Shown one piece after another: positions 1-7,439 of a stretch of 32,000 nucleotides of DNA (position 1 is the stretch's first letter; each line of letters opens with the position of its first letter). The notes below the pieces were generated by a model that did not search any database, was not told the origin of the DNA, and saw only the letters and a list, made by a program, of their open reading frames with translations. A program made the translations under genes and the position numbers. The DNA comes from Candidatus Nitrospira inopinata (GTDB taxonomy: Bacteria; Nitrospirota; Nitrospiria; Nitrospirales; Nitrospiraceae), in assembly GCF_001458695.1 (NCBI RefSeq), contig NZ_LN885086.1, forward strand, positions 360,001 through 392,000, in the 5' to 3' direction.

Positions 1-460
1 CGGTAAACAAGAGGCGAGCCCGTTCCAGGGCCTTTTCAGCCACGAGGGCGGCTGTTCTTCTTTTTCGATATTCCAACAACGCTTCGCCGACGGCGGGGCT
101 GTCCAGCTTGAGGAGTGGATCGTCCGCCTTGACGCGATCGCCAAGATTGGCATACACCGCTAAAATCCGCCCCGGCACGCGCACACCCAAATGCGCCAAA
201 CGATTTTCGTTCGGCAAAATCTTCCCCCCTTGCGCCTTCAGGGCAAGGCGGAGCGGACGGACCGCCGCCTGATCTGTTTGAATCTGAGCCAGCGCCTGGC
301 TCTTCTCGGACAATTCAAGGAGGCCGGGCTGACTGCTTTCGGCTTCCACGCGGGGGCTTTTCTTCGGCTCGGCCTCCTCTTGCTTGGGCTGACAAGCGGG
401 AGAGACCACCGCCAGCGCCGCGACGATCACCGTCATGAATCCTCTGCCTGAACGGAACAT
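1..460 (-). CDS. Efflux RND periplasmic adaptor (membrane-fusion protein), N-terminal part; the gene runs off the left edge
   Basis: My own reverse-strand translation from the ATG at 460 gives MFRSGRGFMTVIVAALAVVSPAC, a lipoprotein-like signal with Cys. It continues ...GVRVPGRILAVYANLGDRVKADDPLLKLDSPAVGEALLEYRKRRTAALVAEKALERARLLFT, which looks like the lipoyl/hairpin region of HlyD/CusB/CzcB-type adaptors. I hand-verified the frame at both ends (about 290-460 and 2-58); the middle was only read by eye, where I noticed no stop. It is absent from the ORF track because it is truncated by the window edge. Confidence 0.6.
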   Translation of the reverse strand, partial: MFRSGRGFMTVIVAALAVVSPACQPKQEEAEPKKSPRVEAESSQPGLLELSEKSQALAQIQTDQAAVRPLRLALKAQGGKILPNENRLAHLGVRVPGRILAVYANLGDRVKADDPLLKLDSPAVGEALLEYRKRRTAALVAEKALERARLLFT

Positions 461-684
461 GTTCGAACCACACCGCATGAAGACGCCTCCCTTCTATCCA
501 AACGCCGCCTGCGAGCTGTCCGATGGACTAAGCCCGTGCGCTCTGACGACCGTTTCCTCAGTCCACCGGTGGAGCGACCAATATGGAATGCAAGCAGCCC
601 CCCCGCTTCTTTCCATCAGGCGGGAAAGGGAGGGCGCGCCATCTTGCATCGGATCACGACCGCAATGGACTACGCAATGACAGG

Positions 685-1218
685 TTAGGCCAGAACGGGA
701 GGAGGAGCACGGGAGAGGCGATCAGAAAGAAGGGAAACAAAGCGCGGCTTATCCTCCGTAGGTCTTCCGAAACGGACTTCGCAATCAGGAGCCGGTGATC
801 CCGGCTGTGCAACGGCCATCGCATGGACAAGTGGAGAGGCAACCAGCCGCCGATCCGACGAGTCGCCGAGCATCGTGAGGGCGAACTCGGCATGCCGGCC
901 TCCTCTGTGAAAGAGATGGTCCAGATCTTCAACAGCGCCGTCGGGCTCGTCCTGAGTCTGGTCACTGTCCCCGTCACGATCACCTTCACACTCAAGGTCC
1001 GGAGACCAGATGGTATGGACGAGGCTACCGTGGGCATGCCCTTCTTTCCCGTGCTGGTGATCCGCTTCGGGATGCACGTGAACGAAGGGAACCGCCAGCA
1101 CCCAGAGTCCGACCCACGCGAGCACCATCAAGCGAAAGAGCCGATTGTTCCGGAACCGAGATCGCATGATGAGGACACCATACCACCGCCGAGCATTCGC
1201 GACAATCGTGTCCCTCAC
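685..1218 (-). CDS. His-rich membrane-anchored hypothetical protein, translationally coupled to copA
   Basis: The GTG start at 1218 overlaps the copA stop (GTGA overlap) and is preceded by a GGTGGAG Shine-Dalgarno. There is one hydrophobic helix ([17 protein letters not shown]) followed by [18 protein letters not shown]. The C-terminus reads [10 protein letters not shown]. An alternative ATG lies at 1167. Confidence 0.5.
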   Translation of the reverse strand: MRDTIVANARRWYGVLIMRSRFRNNRLFRLMVLAWVGLWVLAVPFVHVHPEADHQHGKEGHAHGSLVHTIWSPDLECEGDRDGDSDQTQDEPDGAVEDLDHLFHRGGRHAEFALTMLGDSSDRRLVASPLVHAMAVAQPGSPAPDCEVRFGRPTEDKPRFVSLLSDRLSRAPPPVLA

Positions 1219-3812
1219 AGCTCCACCCTTCGCAACCGCAGCGCGTTCGTGATGACAGAGACCGAGCTGAACGTCATGGCGGCGCTCGCGAACATGGGAC
1301 TGAGCAGCAACCCCACGAACGGATAGAGGACGCCCGCCGCCACCGGCACCCCCACCATGTTGTAGGCGAAGGCGAAGAAGAGATTCTGCCTGATGTTCCG
1401 CATCGTCGCCTTGCTCAAGCGCATGGCCCGCACGAGGGCGCGGAGATCGCCTTTGATCAAGGTCATTCCGGCGCTTTCAATAGCGATTCCCGCCCCGGTC
1501 CCCATCGCGATGCCCACGTCGGCCAGGGCCAGCGCCGGCGCATCGTTGACGCCGTCGCCGGCCATCGCCACGACGCGTCCCTCCGCCTTGAGCTTGGCCA
1601 CCACCGCTCCTTTTTGATCGGGCAGCACGCCGGCGATGACTTGGTCCAAGCCAAGTTTCCTGCCGACCGACTCGGCGGTCTGCCGATGGTCACCCGTCAA
1701 CATGATCAGCTTGAGCCCCTCCGCCTTCAGCATGGCGACCGCCTCCGCCGTCGAAGGCTTGATCGGATCTGACACACCGAGCAATCCCGCCGGTTTGCCA
1801 TCGACGGCCACAAAGACGACCGTGTGCCCGTCCTGCCTCAGCTTCTCCGCCTCGGCGTCAAGTCGCTCCAGCTCGTTCGACTCCTCTTCGACCACTTCGC
1901 GAAGGAACGACAACGTTCCGACCGCCACCCTTTTACCCTCGACGATGCCGGACACCCCCTTGCCGGTCAGCGACCGGAACTGCGTGCCCGTCGTCAATCG
2001 AATGCCCCGGCTTTTTGCACCAGCCACCATCGCCTCGGCCAGCGGATGTTCGCTGCCCTGCTCAAGACTTGCTGCCAGACGCAGCAACTCCTGCTCGGAC
2101 CAGGGTTCGACCAGGTGAATCGCCGTGAGTGCCGGCTTCCCTTGAGTCAACGTACCGGTCTTGTCGAAGACGACCGTATCGACCCGGCCCAAGGTCTCAA
2201 GCGCCTCGGCCTTTTTGACGAGCACGCCGGCCATCGCGCCACGGCCGGTCGCGACCATGATCGACATCGGTGTCGCCAAGCCCAAGGCGCAGGGACAGGC
2301 GATGATCAATACCGCGACGGCATTGACCAGCGCATGCGCCAGCTTGGGTCCCGGCCCCCACAGGGCCCAGGCAATGGCCGTCAAGAGAGCGACCCCGACC
2401 ACCAGCGGAACGAAATAGGCCGCCACGCGATCCGCGATTCGTTGAATCGGGGCTCGGCTTCGCTGCGCCTCGCCGACAACTTGCACGATCCTGGCGAGCA
2501 AGGTCTCGCGCCCTACCCGCTCGGCGCGCATCAGCACACTGCCACTTCCGTTGATCGTTCCTGCCGTCACCGGACTGCCTGCTTCCTTGGCGACGGGTAT
2601 CGGTTCACCGGTGATCATCGACTCATCGATCGCGGTCATGCCCTCCAGCACGACTCCATCAACCGGCACGCGATCACCCGGACGGACCCGCAGCCGATCG
2701 CCGACTCGGACTCGATCGATCGGCACGTCTTCCTCATGACCATCGTCCCGCACGAGCCGCGCGGTGGCGGGCGCCAGCTTCAACAGCGCCCTGATGGCGG
2801 ACCCGGTTTGCGCGCGCGCGCGCAGTTCCAACACCTGGCCCAGCAACACCAGCACCGTGATGACCGCACTCGCCTCGAAATAAACCGGCACGGTGCCGTC
2901 AGGTCGGTGGAATGAAGCAGGTAACAGCGTGGGCGCCAGGGTGGCCACGGCACTGTAGCCGTACGCTGCGCCAGTCCCAAGTGCGATCAAGGTAAACATA
3001 TTGGGCGAACGATTCACGATCGAGGCCCAGCCCCGCTGGAAGAACGGGGCTCCCCCCCAGAGCACGACCGGCGTCGCCAAAACGAGCTGCGCCCACTGGA
3101 GAACCGTGTTGCCCACCGCCTGCTGTAACGGCATGCCGGGAATCATGTCGGCCATCGCCAGCGCCATGACCACCATCGTGGGAACCAGGCAGCGCCACAG
3201 CCGCCGGCTCATGTCATCCAGTTCAGGATTGCCGGTCTCCTCGGCCGAGACGATCTTGGGCTCCAATGCCATCCCGCAAATCGGACAAGCTCCCGGTTTG
3301 GTCTCCAGCACCTCCGGGTCCATCGGACAGATATATTCCACGGTTCCGCCGGGCGGCGGCGCGACGATGCGGGGAGCCCGCTGGTCAGGCGGAGTCAGGT
3401 AATAGGCGGGATCGTCTCGAAATTTCGCCAAACAGCTCGTGGCGCAGAAATAGTAGGTTTTTCCTTGATAGACATGCGAGCCGGCGGCGTGATCCGGTTG
3501 AACCGTCATGCCGCAGACCGGATCGACTTCGCCCTTTGGCGGCTCCCCCTTCGGCGCCTGCATCATCGGAAGCGGCTTTCTGGCAGAAGGAGCGGCCGGA
3601 GACGGAGCTTGAGCTTGAACTTGAGATGGAGCGGCGGGAGCTGTCATCAGGATCAGCGGCTTTCGCTTCAGGGCCGCCTCGGGATCGGCGCGAAACCGTT
3701 CAAGGCAGGACCCCGAACAAAAGTAATAGGTCGTGCCCTTGTAGTCATACCGCCCCGCCGCGCGAGCGGGATCGATGGTCATGCCGCAAATGGGGTCAAT
3801 CGCCATCGTCAT
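1215..3812 (-). CDS. copA: Copper-translocating P1B-type ATPase
   Basis: 865 aa carrying the CPC motif ([12 protein letters not shown]), the phosphorylation site FDKTGTLT, and the TGD and [10 protein letters not shown] motifs. The N-terminus has two TRASH/YHS-type modules ([10 protein letters not shown]...[12 protein letters not shown] and [10 protein letters not shown]...[12 protein letters not shown]) plus YICPMDPEV...CPICGM. Confidence 0.95.
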   Translation of the reverse strand: MTMAIDPICGMTIDPARAAGRYDYKGTTYYFCSGSCLERFRADPEAALKRKPLILMTAPAAPSQVQAQAPSPAAPSARKPLPMMQAPKGEPPKGEVDPVCGMTVQPDHAAGSHVYQGKTYYFCATSCLAKFRDDPAYYLTPPDQRAPRIVAPPPGGTVEYICPMDPEVLETKPGACPICGMALEPKIVSAEETGNPELDDMSRRLWRCLVPTMVVMALAMADMIPGMPLQQAVGNTVLQWAQLVLATPVVLWGGAPFFQRGWASIVNRSPNMFTLIALGTGAAYGYSAVATLAPTLLPASFHRPDGTVPVYFEASAVITVLVLLGQVLELRARAQTGSAIRALLKLAPATARLVRDDGHEEDVPIDRVRVGDRLRVRPGDRVPVDGVVLEGMTAIDESMITGEPIPVAKEAGSPVTAGTINGSGSVLMRAERVGRETLLARIVQVVGEAQRSRAPIQRIADRVAAYFVPLVVGVALLTAIAWALWGPGPKLAHALVNAVAVLIIACPCALGLATPMSIMVATGRGAMAGVLVKKAEALETLGRVDTVVFDKTGTLTQGKPALTAIHLVEPWSEQELLRLAASLEQGSEHPLAEAMVAGAKSRGIRLTTGTQFRSLTGKGVSGIVEGKRVAVGTLSFLREVVEEESNELERLDAEAEKLRQDGHTVVFVAVDGKPAGLLGVSDPIKPSTAEAVAMLKAEGLKLIMLTGDHRQTAESVGRKLGLDQVIAGVLPDQKGAVVAKLKAEGRVVAMAGDGVNDAPALALADVGIAMGTGAGIAIESAGMTLIKGDLRALVRAMRLSKATMRNIRQNLFFAFAYNMVGVPVAAGVLYPFVGLLLSPMFASAAMTFSSVSVITNALRLRRVEL

Positions 3813-3914
3813 GCCGTGAGGGGTGAATGGCTAGGCGTGAGAGGCAAGCAGAAACTCCGCTTCCTGTTGCCGGCATTTTGTCTTCCCCTCCGTTCACCCC
3901 TGACTCCTTACCAT

Positions 3915-4568
3915 TCACCGTTTCGCATCATTCTCCAAGATGCTCCGAATGATGGTGACCACGTTCTCCGGCGTCATGTTGACGCCATCGACCTTGATAT
4001 TGCCGTCGATCAGAATCGAAGGGGTGGATGAGACCTGGATGCGCTCGCCCCAGCGCCGTCCTTCTTCGAATGCTTGCGCCGGCTTGCCGCTGGCCAAGCC
4101 CGCTTCGAATGCCGCGACATCCAATCCCACTTCGCGGATCAACAGTTCACGAATCGACCGGTCCAGGATGCCGGTCATTTTGTCTTTGTGTATGGTCCGG
4201 AACAGGACCGCCTTCATTTCATCGCCCTTGCCCATCATCTTGGCCTGCTCGTACATGTCGAAGGCGGTCGGCAATTTCCCATGGATGACGGGGAAGCCGA
4301 CCATCGTGATCTCGATCTTGTCGCCGAACTCACGGCGCAACATCGGAATCGCAGTCTCTTCGAAATGGTGGCAATGGGGACAGTAGAAATCGGCGAACTC
4401 GACGATTTTGACCTTTCCCCGCTGGTGGGTGGAGGATTCGTCTTTCAAGAGTTCGTACTTCCCCTTGATATCGGGAACCGCCGCGCCCGCGCCGAGCGAC
4501 GTACCAACAACAACTGCCAGGACGGCAACCCCCATCGCTACTTTCCACATCGATCCGTTCGAAGCCAT
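3915..4568 (-). CDS. DsbA-family thiol:disulfide oxidoreductase (secreted thioredoxin fold)
   Basis: N-terminal signal/anchor and the active site FADFYCPHCHHFEE (CPHC). It lies directly upstream of copA on the same strand. Confidence 0.85.
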   Translation of the reverse strand: MASNGSMWKVAMGVAVLAVVVGTSLGAGAAVPDIKGKYELLKDESSTHQRGKVKIVEFADFYCPHCHHFEETAIPMLRREFGDKIEITMVGFPVIHGKLPTAFDMYEQAKMMGKGDEMKAVLFRTIHKDKMTGILDRSIRELLIREVGLDVAAFEAGLASGKPAQAFEEGRRWGERIQVSSTPSILIDGNIKVDGVNMTPENVVTIIRSILENDAKR

Positions 4569-4615
4569 CGTTGCCCACTCCTTTCTGCAATCATCATAGA
4601 GATCGTATTATAGCG

Positions 4616-4629
4616 AATGCGCGCGCATT
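4616..4629. promoter_or_regulatory. Perfect 14-bp palindrome AATGCGCGCGCATT in the divergent dsbA-copA / slp intergenic region; candidate operator
   Basis: The sequence is its own reverse complement. It sits in the gap between the dsbA-like start (4568) and the likely slp start (4653). Any function is inferred. Confidence 0.3.
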
Positions 4630-4652
4630 TGGGTTTTTGTTACACTGTCTTT

Positions 4653-5198
4653 ATGAATGGACGCTGGCGAGGAAGTCTTCTGTGTCTCGTCCTGGTCTTC
4701 TCCGGTTGCGCCTCGACCGGCGAGTACACGGCACCGGCTTCGTCGCTGATTCCCTTCGTGGAAGTCGGCCGTGCTCCCGACACGTTCAAGGGACAGACCG
4801 CGACCTTCGGCGGCAAGGTCTTGGCGGCGAAACGATTGACGGAGGGAACCCGCATCGAGATCCTCCAACTGCCCCTGGACTCGTCGCTCAGGCCGACGCA
4901 TGATTTAAGCAAATCGCAAGGCCGTTTTCTCGCGATCAAAAAAGAATTTCTCGACCCCGCCACCATTCCCGCTGGCACCTTTGTCACCGTCACCGGAGAG
5001 GTGACGGGAGCCGTCACGATGCCGCTGGATGAAACCGAGTATCGCTACCTCACCCTGGCCATTGCCACCTTGCAGGTCTGGCCCGCCGAGGAGGATCGCC
5101 CGGCTCGTCTGCGCCCCTATCCCTATTACATCATGCCCGGCCCCTATTGGGGCCCCTACTGGCATCCCTATTGGTGGGGCCCGTGGCCGTACTGGTAA
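4653..5198 (+). CDS. Slp/YeaY-family outer-membrane lipoprotein
   Basis: Lipoprotein signal MNGRWRGSLLCLVLVFSGC. The core resembles E. coli Slp (GQTATFGGKV..., IEILQLPLDS..., GRFLAIKKEFLDP..., FVTVTGEV, LQVW). The ORF track starts at 4617, but the ATG at 4653 gives a normal signal peptide. Confidence 0.8.
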   Translation: MNGRWRGSLLCLVLVFSGCASTGEYTAPASSLIPFVEVGRAPDTFKGQTATFGGKVLAAKRLTEGTRIEILQLPLDSSLRPTHDLSKSQGRFLAIKKEFLDPATIPAGTFVTVTGEVTGAVTMPLDETEYRYLTLAIATLQVWPAEEDRPARLRPYPYYIMPGPYWGPYWHPYWWGPWPYW

Positions 5199-5512
5199 CG
5201 ACGATTTGTCGTTGGTCGAAGAGAGGATGTCGCTAACCCCATGCACCGAATCCGCTCCTCCCCTTATACCGCATCCTTGCTGAAAGCAGAGGGACGGAAA
5301 GGCGCCAGATCGCGCATGAAATCGAACATCTTTATCGAGTGTGACGGATCGCCACCGTGAGATTTTGTTTGCTTGACTTGGATCGACAACCTCTTCTGCA
5401 TGTCCTGAAGAAACATTGGAGGGGTGTGGGACGGGTCACGCGCGGCGCGCCTTGCGGCCCGCCGCGATGAGATTCTGCATGCGCTGAAGGTCCTGACAGG
5501 GACTCCGCGGGA

Positions 5513-5815
5513 TTACTTGGCTTTGCCCTTCGCCTTGTGCTGATGGGCCTGCTCGGCGTGCGCCAACGATTCCTCGGCGTGCTTCAGCGATTCCTTGGCA
5601 TGCTCAAGGGCCTCTTTGGCGTGGGACTCAACACTGTTCTTCACCGCTTCTTCCAGATGCTGGATAGCCTCTTTGACATGCGAAATTCCCTCTTTCGCAT
5701 GCTTGATGGTCTCTTTGACGTGACCGCCTTCGCCGGCGAGGGAGTGGCCGGCAAGACTTCCCACAAGAAGCCCGCTGATCGCGACTGTGACCAAGAACAT
5801 TCTGACTTTGCCCAT
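5513..5815 (-). CDS. smbP: Small metal-binding protein, SmbP-like (His-rich heptad repeats)
   Basis: The internal ATG at 5815 is preceded by a GGGAGG SD. A signal peptide (MGKVRMFLVTVAISGLLVGSLAGHSLA) is followed by repeats HVKETIK HAKEGIS HVKEAIQ HLEEAVK ... HAKEALE HAKESLK HAEESLA HAEQAHQH. This matches the style of Nitrosomonas europaea SmbP. Confidence 0.7.
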   Translation of the reverse strand: MGKVRMFLVTVAISGLLVGSLAGHSLAGEGGHVKETIKHAKEGISHVKEAIQHLEEAVKNSVESHAKEALEHAKESLKHAEESLAHAEQAHQHKAKGKAK

Positions 5816-6013
5816 ACATACCTCCCTAATTATTTGTATTGATGACGGCCGCATTGCGCACTTTGCCTCTAGGTACATGCACGAAGAACGGCTGTCAAGG
5901 AACGCCTTCGTGTCCGCCCGCGGCCGCCGCATCAGACAGGACGAAAATATGGAAGGGCTGAGATTCAGCACGCTTCATCCTGACGCCTGATCAGGCAACT
6001 TGCTATCCTTCGC

Positions 6014-6316
6014 CTACTTCATCACTTTGGCATGGCAATGCCAGCCGTCGCCTTTGACGTTATTGACCGCCTCCACAAGCTGTTTCGACGTCGTCTTGTC
6101 TCCCTCAACCGTCACGACCGCATGACCTTTCATGCTCTTGAAGTCGACCGCCTTGACGCCGGACACCTTTTTCACCGCCGATTCGACTTCGCCCAAATAC
6201 AAATCGCAATAACTCCCCCCGAGCATCAATGTAATCCTCTGCTCCGCCGCCTGGGCAAGTTCGAGAACACCGAGCAAGACGCCCGTCGCAATGATCGCGG
6301 TCACGATCCGCTTCAT
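6014..6316 (-). CDS. Periplasmic heavy-metal-associated (HMA)-like small protein
   Basis: Strong SD (GAGGAGG) and a signal peptide ending AQA/AE. The length and pattern fit an HMA fold (VESAVKKVSGVKAVDF...AVVTVEGD...LVEAVNN). The GMTCxxC loop is replaced by GGSYCDLYLGE, and the C-terminus is GDGWHCHAKVMK. Confidence 0.55.
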   Translation of the reverse strand: MKRIVTAIIATGVLLGVLELAQAAEQRITLMLGGSYCDLYLGEVESAVKKVSGVKAVDFKSMKGHAVVTVEGDKTTSKQLVEAVNNVKGDGWHCHAKVMK

Positions 6317-6390
6317 GATCCCCTCCTCAAAAATTTAATCTCACATCGATGATTGACATTCCACAGGCCGCATGAGGCCGATGAACGTTC

Positions 6391-6433
6391 TTAAAAAAGG
6401 GAGGGAGTCGGAGGGAGGCCGCCTCCGACTCCC
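6391..6433 (-). terminator. Rho-independent terminator after the HTH gene
   Basis: On the minus strand: a perfect 12-bp stem GGGAGTCGGAGG / CCTCCGACTCCC (6403-6414 and 6422-6433), a 7-nt loop, then TCCCTTTTTT (the A-run at 6393-6398 on the plus strand). Confidence 0.65.
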
Positions 6434-6483
6434 CACGCAGGCCTAGAGGGAGGGAGGTGCCGACCCTCCAGACCTGAACTTTT

Positions 6484-6771
6484 CTAGCGTGATGATCGCG
6501 TATTCCGTCTGTTGCCTTGCGAACGACTCTTTCTTTCCGTTATCGGCCCGTTTCGCTCGATTCCGTCGCCATCGGTTATCTTGGCTTTTCCAATCAGATC
6601 ATCCACTGAAGCCCGAAAAACCCTGAGGCTACTCCCTCCTATCTTCGTCGCACGCAATCGGCCTTCGTCTATCCATCGATAGATCGTCCACTTGCTGACA
6701 TTGAGCAATCTGGCCGCCTCCTGAACTCTGAGCAACACCGGTTCCACACTGCACCCAACTCGACCAGGCAA
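6484..6771 (-). CDS. Excisionase-family / MerR-superfamily helix-turn-helix DNA-binding protein
   Basis: LLRVQEAARLLNVSKWTIYRWIDEGRLRATKIGGSSLRVFRASVDDLI is the typical excisionase-type HTH. The start is uncertain: TTG at 6771 has no SD, and GTG at 6747 or 6738 is equally plausible. Confidence 0.7.
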   Translation of the reverse strand: MPGRVGCSVEPVLLRVQEAARLLNVSKWTIYRWIDEGRLRATKIGGSSLRVFRASVDDLIGKAKITDGDGIERNGPITERKSRSQGNRRNTRSSR

Positions 6772-6774
6772 AGG

Positions 6775-6801
6775 GGGAGAGCGCCCAACCAGCGCTCTCC
6801 C
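6775..6801 (-). promoter_or_regulatory. Perfect 10-bp stem-loop just 5' of the HTH gene (weak terminator or leader structure)
   Basis: GGGAGAGCGC (6775-6784) pairs with GCGCTCTCCC (6792-6801) around a 7-nt loop. On the minus strand it is followed only by CCCTTTGCC, so there is no proper U-tract. Confidence 0.3.
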
Positions 6802-6997
6802 TAATCGGAACGGTGGAAGGAGGCCACCAACAGCGCCCGTTCCGAGGACCTATGAATCAGAATCCCTCTTTGCCCGACTTTGACCGCATTCAGAGCGACA
6901 TCAGCAATGACGACAGACCGATCAACTGATGAATGACTTTCTCGCGCCCGCCGGAGGCATCACACAAGAGCGAGAGCTGATTCAGCCATCCTATGGT

Positions 6998-7327
6998 CTA
7001 AAGAGAGGGAGGAGCGCGAGAATGCAGGGGTGATGAATGACAAGTCGAATCCATCTGATGGAAAGACTCGCCTGGCTCATACGCGATGGGAGCATACGAG
7101 GTGAACGTCGCCTGAGCGGGGGCGTCCGACTGAGAGGAGACCTGACACGCCCAGGAGCACAGGGATGAATGAGTCGCGTTGTGATCATGATGTTCATGAC
7201 CGGCGGCGTTCGCCGAAGTGTCGAGCGCAGGAGCGCACAAGGCCATCAAGCACACCAGTCCCACATAGGTCACGGCGGTCAAACTCGCGATGACCATGTG
7301 GCACCGGGTGTAACGGAAGAGCCGCAT
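6998..7327 (-). CDS. His/Cys-rich secreted or membrane-anchored hypothetical protein, distant paralog of 685-1218
   Basis: AGGAG SD 6 nt before the ATG at 7327. The N-terminus is hydrophobic, followed by the cluster GHEHHDHNATH. The C-terminus HSRAPPSL echoes [10 protein letters not shown] of ORF 685-1218. Confidence 0.5.
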   Translation of the reverse strand: MRLFRYTRCHMVIASLTAVTYVGLVCLMALCAPALDTSANAAGHEHHDHNATHSSLCSWACQVSSQSDAPAQATFTSYAPIAYEPGESFHQMDSTCHSSPLHSRAPPSL

Positions 7328-7352
7328 GCCGTTCTCCTAAGCTGATAGTGCC

Positions 7353-7381
7353 GTTATACGCGCTCTCTTCTTTGCTGTCTA
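7353..7381 (-). promoter_or_regulatory. Sigma-70-like promoter for ORF 6998-7327
   Basis: On the minus strand: TAGACA (7376-7381), a 17-nt spacer, then TATAAC (7353-7358), about 25 nt upstream of the start codon. The final T of the -10 consensus is missing. Confidence 0.35.
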
Positions 7382-7439
7382 CCGACGCCTGCCACTCCTT
7401 GCAACAGAAAATCGGAGGTCGAGCGGGCTTCGGCGTTAC

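Noticed and set aside
3843-3871. Imperfect hairpin GGCAAGCAGAA...TTCCTGTTGCC followed by ATTTTGTCTT on the plus strand, in the dsbA-copA gap.
   Set aside because: It looks like a terminator only on the plus strand, where there is no upstream gene. On the transcribed minus strand it has no U-tract. At most it is an intra-operon RNA structure.
5197-5213. Short hairpin AACGAC-GATTT-GTCGTT overlapping the slp stop codon.
   Set aside because: The stem is only 6 bp and weak, and no T-tract follows. That is not enough to call a terminator.
5816-5971. N-terminal extension of the SmbP-like ORF, and a TTGACA-17-TACCTA promoter-like string at 5870-5898.
   Set aside because: The extension lacks protein-like features, and the real start at 5815 has a strong SD. 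The -10 hexamer matches only 2 of 6 consensus positions, so I did not call a promoter.
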